Shown here piece after piece: positions 10,507 to 22,146 of a stretch of DNA of 64,000 bases. Numbering within the stretch: position 1 is the first letter of the stretch; the number at the start of each line of letters is the position of its first letter. The stretch comes from Mantamonas sphyraenae STR306. Lineage: Eukaryota; Protista; CRuMs. Below the pieces are notes generated by a model, which made no database searches, was not told the origin of the DNA, and worked only from the letters and a program-made list of their open reading frames with translations. The position numbers were made by a program, and so were the translations under genes. The stretch is taken from NCBI GenBank assembly GCA_026936335.1, contig JAPMXV010000034.1, positions 248,001 to 312,000 of the forward strand. Direction: 5' to 3'.

Positions 10507-13484
10507 ATGGGCTTGGACCGTTCGACTACTCCTCTTGTGCTGGCACTGGTGATGGTATGCCTGGTGGTGATGGCGCCGAGGCCGTCAAGGCCGCACGCGG
10601 CGACCGCAAGTTCGCGACAGCTGCTCAACCACGGTGCAGAGATCCCGCCGTCTTCAACCAACTCGAGCGGTGGGAGCGCAATCATGCGTGGGGTGGTGTT
10701 GGCTCTGCCGCGGAAACCGTTGACGCTTGCGCAGGTGGCGGAGCTGGGCACCGCCAACTCCCAGGTGATGAAGGCGTTCACAGAGGCGTCGGATCCGCTG
10801 GCGACTGGCAATGCACAGGCCGATGCACTGAGCGCGTCGTTGCTGCCGTTGGCCATCCTGGCTGCCGTGTCGTTGCTGATGACGCTGTGCACGCCTGTGG
10901 CCGCAGTTGTGTTTTACGTCGCCCGCTGCTTTGGCGGGTGCGGGGGCAAGGATGGCGAGCCCACGTACACCAAGAAGCAGGTGCTTATCCCGCTGGCTGT
11001 GTTTCTGGTGTGCTTCTTTGTGACGATGTAGGTTGTCGAGAGGGAGAGGGCGGGAGCGAGATAAGTGTGGCCGTTACTCGGCCGGTGGACAACGCTTTTT
11101 TTTGGGCGCCTGCAGCCACGAGCTCACACCGAGGGAACTGGGGCCGGATTGCATTCACTGCAGCTCGGCTTCGATTGAAGGCATGCTCGGGTCGACAGAC
11201 ATGAACCTGGGCCTGCACGTACTGCTGGGTGAGTGGAAGAGCGGGTTGGCATGAGCACAAGCATGGGCCGGCGCTGACACGGGCCACACGGGTCACACGG
11301 AGGACAGACAACTCAAAGGGGTTGATCACAGATGTGCTGGACTTTACACAGACAGTTGTGAACAACCTGAAGGCGATCCCAGGCGAGATCCTGCCGCGCA
11401 GGAACGCGGAAATTCTGAATCTGCTGCAGACGCGGCTGGAGACACTGCCGGCAAATGTGACGGAGGCAGTGCAGCCGGAAGTGAATGCTCTGCAGAACCA
11501 GCTGGCGCTGCTGGACGGGATCATCCAGCTGGAGTATGTGCTTGTGGACGCAATGGAGAACGGGACAAAGGAGGTGGATGTGCGCGTCAAGGGAGTGGAC
11601 GTGCAGCTGGCCAAGCTGAACGTCTCGATTGCAGGTGTGTCGACGCGCAACGTGTCTGGCACCGTGTACCCCATTCCGGGACTGCCAGACGTGAGCACGT
11701 TTGCGTCAAAGCTGCCAAACGTGAGCGAAAGCACACCAGACTTCAACAGCATCCGGGACAAACTGAACGGCCTGCCGGACCCGAAAAACACGTCGCGGAG
11801 CATCAACACGACGTTTGCGGACTTTCGCAAGGACATCGAAGCGACGGTGGCCAACGCAACCAAGGACACAAACACCACGCTGGAGGACTTTCGCGGGACC
11901 CTGCAAAAGAGCATCGACGGGAGCACGAAACTCGTGGATGTGATCAGAGAGCCGGCAGCGGATGGGATCAAGCAGATTGAAGAGATCGAGGGGGATGTGT
12001 TCCAGTACGACAGCTTCCGCAACGCAGGGATGCAGGTGCTGTTTGGTCTCCTGATCATCCTGTACATCCTGGGCATCATCGCGGTGCTGACAAACAGCAG
12101 CGGATCGTTTTCGACGATTGCCTGCTGCTTCTGGATGTTCCTGTCGCTGCTGTTTCTGCTGTCCTTTGTGTTTGCGTTCCCGTCGGCCATCCTGGGCGAC
12201 ATCTGCCTGGACATCAACAACGCCTTCAGCGCTGCCGAGGGCGCAGCAGGAGCTGGGCCGATTGGCATTGTGCAGGGATGCGTGCGTGGAGAAAACTTTG
12301 CGGATCTGCTGGAACTGGACAAGCAGTTCAATGGGTCGGACTACTCGGACGTCAAGGACGGCTTTGACGTGAGCAGCGGATTCAACTTTTCGGCGTCCTT
12401 TGACGCAAAGTCGGACGAGATCTCCTCGCAGAATGTGTCGTCGAGCGACTTTAACGGATTCAACTTTACGAGCACACTGGAGTTTAACCTGACGCAGACG
12501 CGGCTGGACCTGGAGCAGGCGAGGCAGAACGTCACGCTGCTGACGTTTGACTTTCGACTGAGCGACATTGACGTCGCGTTTGCGGACCTGAACAACGAGA
12601 CGGTGCGATGCTGCGGAGTGGCGTACAGCGCGAGCAACTACTCGGCGACGTTCAACTTGTCCTCGTTTAGCGCAGGGAACCAATCGGTGATCCGGCCCAA
12701 GGCGCAGCAGGTGGACTTTGTGCTTGCAAAGAACGCGAGCGCGCATGCGACCGTGGCCGAGGTGCGTGCGTCGATTACGGCAATCGAGATGGACGTGATT
12801 GGAATCAAGGTGAACCACACGGAGCCGCTAGAGTCGCTGCTGGGCGTGCTCAAGTACAACCAGTCGCTGGCGACCAACGCGAGCGGATGGCTGAACGACA
12901 ACGCGACGCTGATGAACAACCTTACGGCGGCGCTGGACAGCAAGATCAGCACGGTGAGTAACAACAGCAAATCGTACGTGGCGAACAGTGTGGTGGGTCC
13001 GGTGTTTGCAGTGGTGGACCTCATGATTGCAGAGGCGACGGACTTTTCGAATCTCGGTGACTGCTCGTTTGCAGGGAAGCGATACAACGGCCTGGTGGAC
13101 GGGATGTGTGCGTACATGTCGGCCGCGATGTACGCACAGTGGTTTGGGTTTGCTGTGTGTGGCGTGGCGATGGTGGCGGGTCTGGTGGCCGCGCTGAAGA
13201 ACGCAAAGCGTCTGCCTGCCCTCACGAAGCTGCGGGAAAAGGCCAAGGTGACCCCGTCGATGGAGACCAGTGCAGGCAACCCAAGTGTGCTGGAAAAGAT
13301 GGATGATCTGAAGATTGACGCCATGCTGCGGGACGGGGAGAGTGAGGATGAAGATGGGGGAGATGGAGAGGAGGATGGAGAGGCGGCGGATGTGACGGAC
13401 GAGGCCAAGAGCGACGACGAAGATGATGCGAGCGACGAAGAGTGGGCGCCGATTCGTACGGCGGCGAGCTCAACAGGAATGTAA
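10507..13484 (+). CDS. Prominin-like pentaspan membrane glycoprotein (3 exons)
   Basis: Signal peptide, then TM1 followed by Cys/Gly-rich RCFGGCGG, TM2, a large N-glycosylated loop, TM3/4 with LGDICLD, a second loop ending C..AGKRYNGLVDGMC...QWFGF, TM5 and an acidic tail. Introns 11028-11163 and 11229-11307. Confidence 0.7.
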
Positions 13485-13508
13485 TGGGGTTCTTGGGTGG
13501 TCTATTGT

Positions 13509-14736
13509 CTATTCAGAGGTGGGAGGAGGAGATGTGGAAATGGTGGTGGTGGTGGTGGTGGTGGTGGGCACGTTGTTTGCGTCGAGCTGCTCCTTCTGCT
13601 TGAGGATGATGGCTTCTGCGCGCTCGATCATGGCCTTGAGTTTGTCGTTCTGCTCGGCCATGGACTGCATTTCTTTGTTGGCTTGCTTGAGCTGGTCGAT
13701 AAAGGCGCTCTTTTCCTGGTCGGCAGCGCCGGCGGTTGCCTGGAGGGAACGGAGTTGTTTGGTGAGCTGGCGCTTTTCAGTTTCTGCGGCCTGGAGGGCG
13801 CGGTTGACCTTTGCAAGCTCGCGCTGACGCTCATTGTCGAGATCTATGGGCGGTGGGGAGAGAGGGAGGTGTGAGCGGGAAGGTGGGAAAGGTGGGAAAG
13901 GGGGGGGGGAAAGGCCGGGGGGAATCATCCTCCGTACCGTGGCGTGTCTTGTCGAGCTGCTTCTTGAGCTCTGTGTTTTCGGTCTTGAGGTCGTCGAGCT
14001 CGTCAAACATGGCGGCCATCTCGTCGTTAAAGGCAAGAAGCTTGTCGTCGACGATGCCCTGGGCAGCGGTGGAGATGGTGACGGTGCCGAGCTGCTCGTC
14101 GTACTCGGCGGTGCTGATGCCGGACGGAAGTTGCTTGGCACCTCCCTTCTTGGCACCCTTCTTCTTGGAGGCCTTTGTCTTGGGCTTGGCCGGGGCCTGG
14201 ACGTCTGGGACGACGGCTGCGTGGGGAAGGGTGGGTGTGCTGACGGCAGTGTCGTTGTCCGAGTCGGTGACTTGGTCGGCAAAGGAAACGTGGAGCGGGG
14301 CAGGACGCGGGGAAGCGCGGAGTGAGGAGGAGGATGTGGAGGACGGGGAAGAGCTGGAGGTGGAGGTGGTCGTGGAAGAGGAGCTGGAGCCCTGGTCCTT
14401 CTTGCGCTTCTTCTTGTTGCGCTTCTTGCGGCGCTTTTCGTCGTCGTCGTCGTTGTCGTTGTCGTCGGAGGAAACGGAGGCGTCGTCGTCGTCGGGGAGC
14501 GAGTCGCCGCTGCGGTCTGCACGCTTGCCAAGGGTGGAACGGCGTGCGGTGTGGGACTGGAGAAGGGCAGAGGGCCCTGTGCGAGGCGTGGTGTCTGCCT
14601 TGGAGGTCTCGCGCATTCGCGAGTACAGAAGCATAAAGAGGAGGGAGGCGACGACGCCAATGCCCACGAGGATGTACATGAGGACGTCGTCCATGATGGA
14701 GGCGTCCTGGATGCCGACGCGGTTTGCTTTGGGCAT
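13509..14736 (-). CDS. Single-TM, Lys/acidic low-complexity, C-terminal coiled-coil protein of unknown function (2 exons)
   Basis: ATG at 14736 and TM segment VLMYILVGIGVVASLLFMLLY. Intron 13937-13844 joins to the coiled-coil DLDNERQRELAKVNRALQ... Confidence 0.7.
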
Positions 14737-14819
14737 GGTGGCAAGTGTTTGGGGTGGGTGCGGGAGTGGGAGCGGAGCGGCAGTGCGTCCAGCCATTGAA
14801 GCATTGAAGCAGAGGGCGG

Positions 14820-16751
14820 ATGAATGACCCGTGGGCAGCATTTGCTGACGATTTCAAGCTGAGCAGTGAGGAGCAGGCCGGGAGGAAGGAAGGAGATCAG
14901 GGGAAGGACGAGTTGGGCGGAGGGTTGGATTTTTTGGCAGGTGGTGATCAACAACAAGGAGGCTTTGGAGGAGGCGGGGATTTGGATTTGTTTGGTGGCC
15001 TTGTTCTGGAACCAGTGGAGAGAGTAGAGAGGGTGGAGAGGGTGTCGGGGCCAAACAACTCCCGTGTGGCGCAGAGGAAGAGTGTAAAGAAGAAATCGGG
15101 AGGGGGGGATGCGTTTGGGCTGGGGCTGGGGTTGGGATTGGAGGGGGAGAGGGGAGGAGGGGGAGCAGGGGGAGCAGGGGGAGCGGCGGACTTTGGGAAT
15201 GAGGATGAGGATGAGGATGATTTGTTTGCAGGGTTGAGGACGGCGGGGGGAGCGGGGGGAGCGGGGGGAGCGGGGGGTCAAGCGGGGGAGGAGGAGCAGT
15301 GGGGGCAGTGGGTGGGGTGGGCGTTGGGCAGGAGGATCTTCTCGGGGGTGGAGGTTTCTTTGGAAACGTGGGAGAGAGTGAGGAGAAGGAGAGTGCTGAG
15401 CAGGAGGACTTGTTTGGTGGGTTTTCAGAGGTTGCCGAGGTAAAGGTGGAGGAGCCTGTGGCACAGGAGGGGCAGAAGAAGGAAGAGGTGGGGGTTGATG
15501 ATGATGAGCAGCAGCAGTGAGATGATGAGCAACAGCAACAGCAGCAGCAGCAGCAGCAGCAGCACCGGCGGGGAAACCACGAGGACACTGGACGACGTGG
15601 CAAAGGTGGAGCTGGAGGAAGAGGCGGCCGGGTTTTTCACAAGCGCAAACCCGCTGTTTGACAACGTGCTGAAGGTGGAGGTGACGGGAGCGGAAAAGAC
15701 CGGGGGTCGCTTCAAGAAGGGGACGGTGTTTGCGGTGGAGACCCGGAGCGCTTTGCCGTCGTTCCGCAACTCGAGGTCGTCGATGAAGCGGTCGATGAAG
15801 GACTTTCAGTGGCTGCACGAGCAGCTGGTGGAAAAGTACCCCGGGTGCATTGTGCCGCCGCTGCCGAGCAAGAGTGGGTTTATGCAGGACGAAAACGACG
15901 CCGAGTTTGTGGCGTACCGGCAGCGGGAGCTGGGCCGGTTCTTGGCGCGGCTGAGCGTGCACCCGACGCTGCGAAACACGACCGAGTGCCTGGTGTTTCT
16001 GGAAGGGACGGAGGACGAGTGGCGGGAAATCAAGAAGCAGGCCAAGGCCGAAAAGAGCGGAGGCGGCAGCGGGTTTGCCGAGGCGATGCAAAAGGGGATG
16101 GCAAAGAAAGAGGTGGAGGTGAACGAACAGCTGCACAAGGCAAAGATGTATCTGCTGGACCTGAAGAGCAACCTGGTGGCCCTGTGCAAAGCGGTGGAAA
16201 AGGTGCAGGGCGGGATGCGCGGGTACGAAAGCCCGCTGGCAGGGCTCGGGGCGGTGCTGGAGACGATGGCGGCGCAGGAGCAGGAGGGGTCGAGTCTGCA
16301 CAGGCGGTACTCAAAGTTGGCCGGAGTGCAGGAGGCGCGTGCAAAGGGACTGGCGGAACTGGTGCGCGCAGAGGAGGACGGGTTGTTGGAGGAGGTGCAG
16401 TCGCAGGTGATGTGGGTGGAGGCGGCACTGGCGCTGATCGAGCGCGAGGGCCAGGCGCTGCAGGAGTTTCACTTTTACACCGGCCAGCTGAAGAGCAAGA
16501 AGGAAAAGGTGATGAAGGTGAAGGAAAAGGGAGAGCGGGTGGACAAGGTGGCCAAGGTGGAGCGCGAAGTGACCGAGTCGGGGGAAAAGGTGGAGCGCGC
16601 AGAGAGCGTGCTGGACGACATCCGCAAGGGCCTCTGGGGCGAGCTTAGCCGCTTCAACAAGCTCAAGGGGTTTGAAATGGAGGGGATTCTCAGCAGGTGG
16701 GCCGCGATGCAGCGTGGGGTGGCCAAGGGGCAGTGGGAGGCGTGGTGTTGA
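14820..16751 (+). CDS. PX-BAR sorting nexin (SNX1/2/Vps5-like); the N-terminal region has two apparent frame breaks
   Basis: PX motif RSMKDFQWLHEQL...PGCIVPPLPSK...RQRELGRFLARLSVHPTL followed by a helical BAR region. Frame changes near 15288 and 15494-15520. Confidence 0.85.
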
Positions 16752-16869
16752 AATGCAGGGAAGATGGATGCATTGATCTGATCTGATCTCAAGGCTCTTC
16801 TTCTTCTTTCTCACTCACTCTCAATTGTCGTCCTCATACTCGGTTCCGCGCGCCCGCGTGCAAGCTTCC

Positions 16870-18258
16870 TCACCGGCTACCCCCACTCCCACTGCTGCTG
16901 CTCTCCCCACCGCCACTCCCACTGCTGCTTCCAGCCCCTCCATCCCCCTCCACCGTCCACTCGCGCTTCCATGGGTCGTACGCAAGGTCCACCTGCTTCT
17001 CCGTCCGCTTCCCATATGGATCCACCTCCAGCTCCAGCGTCACTTCCGGCTCTTCGTAGTGGCCCATAAACTCCAGCGTCACTTGCATTGTCCCCTCCTT
17101 CACGCCGTACAGCCGCTTCGCAAACGGCTCCTGCGTCAGCTTGATCGGCTGCTTCTCCGCCTTGTCCTTCTCCACCATCTCCGGCGGCGTCCACATGCCC
17201 ACAGACTGCAGCACAGACGCAGGCGTTCCGTCCCGGTCGATCGCCTTGACGCCAACCTTGACAAAGTCCGCCCGCCCGTCCTCCGCCTTCTGCTTTGCCA
17301 TTCCCTGCGTCAGCACAATGTGCCTGCGCAGACGCCACTCAGGCACCTCCACCTCCAGTTCCTCCATCACAGCCCGCATAAACTCGTCGCACTTGGCGTG
17401 CACCACCATCGCGCTCACGTCGTCGTACGGCGTCTCCTGCAGGTTGTTCACCACCAGACGATACCCGTTCTCCGCCACCGTGCCCGGCATGTCTGCCGCA
17501 GGCGTCACGCGCAGACTCGACCCAAGCACCACACACAGATCAGATCGCTCCGAGTGAGCAAACCCGTCGTTCAGCGGCTTCTCCGGCAGATTTTCCCCAA
17601 AGTTGATGATCGTGTCCTTCAAATCCCCGCCGCACCCATCCACCTTGCACACCCTCCCAGTCTTGTGGTCGTGCACCTTGCGTGCGTTGCGCACCCGAAA
17701 GTCCCGCAGGTACTCGTGGCCACACTTGCTGCACACCTCCAGCGTGCTGTTCCCGTGCAGCTCGCTCAGCTTGTCGATCGGAAACCCGCTCTTTCGATGC
17801 AGGCCGTCCGTGTTCTGCGAAATAAGGTGCTTCAGATACCCGGCCTTCTCCAGTGCAATCAGCGCCATGTGTGTGTACGTCGGAATCGCCTTGATCGAGT
17901 TCGTCCCCTTCTTCTTCCTCTTCTCTCCCTTTGCTCGCAGCGTCCACACTCCCTGCGGTCCACGAAAGTCTGTGTGTGTTCCCACCACCCACACGTTGTC
18001 GCCGTGCGTGCGCAAAGTTTCCCGCGTCAGCCTTCTTGAGACTCCTTCTTGAATTCCTGCTCGCGGCACAAACCCAACGCACCCACCCCACCTACCTGGA
18101 ATGCCAGCAGCCGTACTAATCCCTGCCCCTGTAAACACTGTGAAATGCTTTGCCTCCCTGATCCATCCGGCCAGCTCTTTCGCCTTGTCCACCACCGCCG
18201 ATTCCTCTTCAAAGTGCTCCTCCATCTCCTTGTCACTCTTGTGTGCCGTGTCTGCCAT
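16870..18258 (-). CDS. Class IV (SIRT6/SIRT7-type) NAD-dependent sirtuin (2 exons)
   Basis: [21 protein letters not shown] is restored by removing intron 18095-17970. Also [8 protein letters not shown], ELHGN, a CxxC zinc site and [10 protein letters not shown]. Confidence 0.93.
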   Translation of the reverse strand: [462 protein letters not shown]

Positions 18259-18481
18259 GGCGTTGTTTGATGTCTTGTATTTTTGTCTTGGGCCGCTCTG
18301 CGCACGTTGCACCCGCCCCTTTTCAACTCGGACGCACCCTCGTCCGTTTCATCGGAATTCCTCGTCCGCCCCCCCCTTCCCATGCCAGCCCAAACGCGAG
18401 ACCCCATCTCCGCAAACACGCCAATCCACCTTGGCACCTTCGCCTGCAACAACAACCCACCCCCACCCCCAAGGACCCCCA

Positions 18482-19286
18482 ATGGACTCCCTCCTCGTCG
18501 CCTGGCCCGAGGCTGGCACCCCGTGCCAATCAGCCTTCCTCCACTCTGCCCTCATCATCTTTCTCGCCCCTTTCATCTGGAACATCCTTGCGCGCCTTGA
18601 GTACAACCGCAAATTGCTCTCCTCCATCTTTGGTGGGGCCTACCCGGGCTGCTATGCCCTTGCCGCTTGGATCTTCTTCTTCTCCCTCTACCGAAGCTAC
18701 GCGTACGCTCGCCCCACATGGCCCCACCCGCCCTCCCACTGCTCCCCACACTCCCCACACTCCCGACACGCTCATCGCACAGCCCCAGTTCCCAGAAGCC
18801 CCCTTGATTCCCGCAGCTGCTCCGACACCTGCATGTGTCACGTGGCATCCACTCACTCACGCCCCCTCCCCTCCACACAGCTTCCACGAGGCTGTCCATG
18901 TCTGCACCCACCTCACCACATACACCTCTCCATACATCGACCCCGTCGCCTACGCCTTCTTTGCCGTCGGCCTCGTCCTCGTCCTCTCCTCCTTTGCTCG
19001 CCTCGGCGTCACCGGCACCTACCTCGGCGACTACTTTGGCATCCTCATGGACGAAATGGTCACTGGATTTCCCTTTAATCTCCTCGCAGACCCCATGTAC
19101 GACGGCTCCTGCCTCATGTCCCTCGCAACCAGCCTGCAGGAGCGCTCCCCGCAAGGCGCCCTCCTCTCTCTCTGGCTCTACCTTGTCTACAAGGTCAGCA
19201 CCACCTTTTTCGAGGGCCCCTTCACCTCCTTCATCTATGCCCAGGCTGCCAAAGCCAAGGCTGCCAAGACCACAAAATCAAACTGA
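18482..19286 (+). CDS. PEMT: Phospholipid N-methyltransferase (PEMT/Opi3) (2 exons)
   Basis: PFIWNILARLEY, LGVTGTYLGDYFGILM, VTGFPFN...PMYDGS and FEGPFT. Intron 18703-18880. Confidence 0.93.
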
Positions 19287-19325
19287 GCATGCCTCCATTC
19301 CGTTCTCCATTTCAACACCCACCAT

Positions 19326-22082
19326 TCACCCACTGCCGCCGTACACATACGTATCCTCGTAGTCTTCCTCCTTCTCGCCATCCAGATACGCCAGCTCCCT
19401 CTTCACCGAAAACGCACACCCGATGCAAAACACCGCAATCGTCAGCGGCACTGCATAGTCGGTCGCAAACTGCATCGCTGCACTGATGATCGGGTTGTTC
19501 AGCAGGTCCGACAGGCTAAACGGCTTGCGGTACATCACAAACCCACTGTTCTTCACCGTAGACGAGCCCGACGGGTTCGACACAATCAGCGCCACCGTCG
19601 CCTCGGATCCACTCGACACGTTCACCAGGGCCGCTCCCTTGGTCACATCGGGAGTCGTAAATGTGATGTTTGTCGCCTGCACCACCACGTTGGTTGCCGC
19701 AACTCCGTTCACAAGCACCGTCGCTCCAGACTCAAACCCGCTACCGGAAATCGACACCGCCTCTCCGCCCGTGTTGATCACACGGCTTGGCGTCACGCTG
19801 GCCACAGTCGGCCACGTCACCACCGGCTGGTCCACGCACATCTGCTGTTCGATCGTGTACACGTCGGGGCATGAAATCTGTCCCTCGTATCCAATCACGT
19901 TTTGCACGCTGCCTCCCACGGGGCACGGGTAGTAGTAGTCGCCCACCTTGACCAGCAGGTCGTCCCGCGTCGGTCCCTTGCATGCGCTCGTGTAGCAGTG
20001 CGTGCCTCCGCCCTGGAATCCCACCTTGGCCGCTGCGTCGCTGATCAGCGTCGCCTCGTAGCACCGCGAGTTGGTTCCCAGCATGTCCCCAGAGTAGTCC
20101 GACACCTGCGAGTTTGTGTCGCGGCAGTCTGTGTTTGAAAACGGCGACACGATCGGGCAGCGGTCCATCAGATCATTGTTCCCGCCCATGGTCGCGTCCG
20201 TGTAATACTGGTACTTTGGATCCACCGACAGGCCCGTCCTCAACGAGCAGAACCCGCGCGCGCTGCGATCAAAGTTGCACGTCTGAGCGTTGGGCGACGT
20301 GCACACATAGGCGGCTCCAGCCCATTGGTTCACGCAGTTGCTCGTTGCGTCGTTGGCCAGAAAGTTGCACCCTTGTCCACGGCCCCACTTGAAAATCTCC
20401 GCACGCGTGTAGTTCACGTTGTACCATCCCGAATCAAACAACGCCGCGAGCGTCATCTTGGACAGCACCGGCACCGCGCTCACCGTACCCGTCATAAACT
20501 CGTCGTTGAACGTGCGCTTCTCCCAATGCGACCCTCCCGTGCCCGATCCTCCTCCATCTTCGATCTCTCCACCCAGAATCGACCCAACCGCACACCCAAA
20601 GTGTTCGCTCATCACTCGCTTCACCTCGGGCGTCGTCAGACGCGTGATCGGCCGTGTGCTCGTCGCCGCTCCCGTCAGCGTCTGCGTCACCTGGCGCGCG
20701 TTCGTAATGTTCGACGCCAGGTTGTAGTCTGTGTACTGTGCAAACTTGCTGTCTCCAAAGCCCATCACCGACGAGCCCGAAAAGCCCAACGCGTGCACAA
20801 TCTCGTGGATCGCCACCGCCACCTGCTTCTTGCGCGCTCCCGACGACACGTCCACCTGGTTCGGTCCAAAGTTCACGTAGCCCACCACGGGGCGTCCGTA
20901 CTGCTCCGCCTGCAGCGCCTGAGCGTATGCAATCGTCTGTCCCAACGACGGCCGCGCGAGCACGTAGATCAACATGTCCGTCCCACTCACACCCGGGGAC
21001 TGGTGCGACGCAGGGATCGTGATCCCTGCTGCGCTGCCCGACGAGCTCTGCACCTGCAACGCACCGGCAAGCGGCACCACACTCAGCGATGCCTCCAGCC
21101 ATTCCTTGGCGTCCGCCAGCAGGTTCTGTGTGCCATCGGCGTCCCCTCCGTCCCCGTGTCAGCCACGTGTGCTCCTTTTCGCCCCTTCTCCCATCTCCGC
21201 TTCCACTCCCCTCCCATCACCCTCTCCTGCCCCGTCGCACCCCTTTTCCCCTCCGACGCATGCGTCTGCTCCCTCTCCCAACGTCCCACCCACACGCATC
21301 CCCTGCCTCCGTATCAGGAAAAAACGCTCACGAAACGCACCGAAACAATAAAGTTCCTCTTGGACGCGTCCAGCACATGCTCCTGCGCACATGTCAGCCG
21401 GCAGTTCTGTGTGTGTCACGCCCAGTGACCATTGTGTGCAGTGGCGTAGTCTGTGTCAGTCTTTCGCTTGCCTCACCAGGCCTGCCTCCCTGCCCCTTGC
21501 GAAAAAGCCGCGCAAACTCCCAAATCGCTGCCAAAAACGTACGTCCGTCACTGACGACGAGCACGCCGACGGGCTGTTCGGCGGCACGCTACCCGTGTAC
21601 ACGAGCACCTGCTGTCCCACAGACGTGCATGTGCGGCTGTCCGACTGCATCAAGCCTGTGTACAGAGTGATGCGAATGTTGTTGAACGTCACATGGGTCA
21701 ACAAACGGCGCCCTGCAGGCCCGTTCTCCTCTCCGTGCACATAGCCCTCCTTCATGAAAGCCCCCGGCCCTCGCATGGCCAGCTCCCGGTGTGCGCCGAC
21801 CATCACCTCGTGCGGCACGCCGTAGTCCTGAGGAACCACGGGCCGCTCAAGATGGGCTGTCTTTTGCACCAGCTCGTCATGGATGCAACGATGTCCCTCT
21901 TCCACAGACTCCCCTGCCGGACCCTCCACATGCACATGCACATGGCTCGGGTGCACACGCGGTTCCGCGTCCGCCCGAGGCGAATCCGTACTCCCTCCCG
22001 GCAGCTGCCCAGACATGGCTGCCCACACGGCGGCCACAACAATCACCGCTGCCGCCACAGACGTAAACGGAAGTTTCTGCAT
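19326..22082 (-). CDS. Leishmanolysin/GP63 (M8) metallopeptidase with an IPT/TIG domain and C-terminal TM (3 exons)
   Basis: Propeptide HRCIHDE, catalytic HEIVHALGF and SHWEKRTFNDEFMTG, and an IPT-like PTVASVTPS...GGEAVSISGSGF. Introns 21542-21407 and 21340-21126. Confidence 0.92.
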
Positions 22083-22146
22083 TTCGGTTGCCTGGTTCCG
22101 TGCCTGCGCGTCGCGTCCAGTTTTTGTTTGGCTCGCCGATCGCCGC

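Noticed and set aside
13509-16301. 930-aa minus-strand ORF
   Set aside because: Only the last ~110 codons are a real exon; the rest is off-frame or antisense to SNX.
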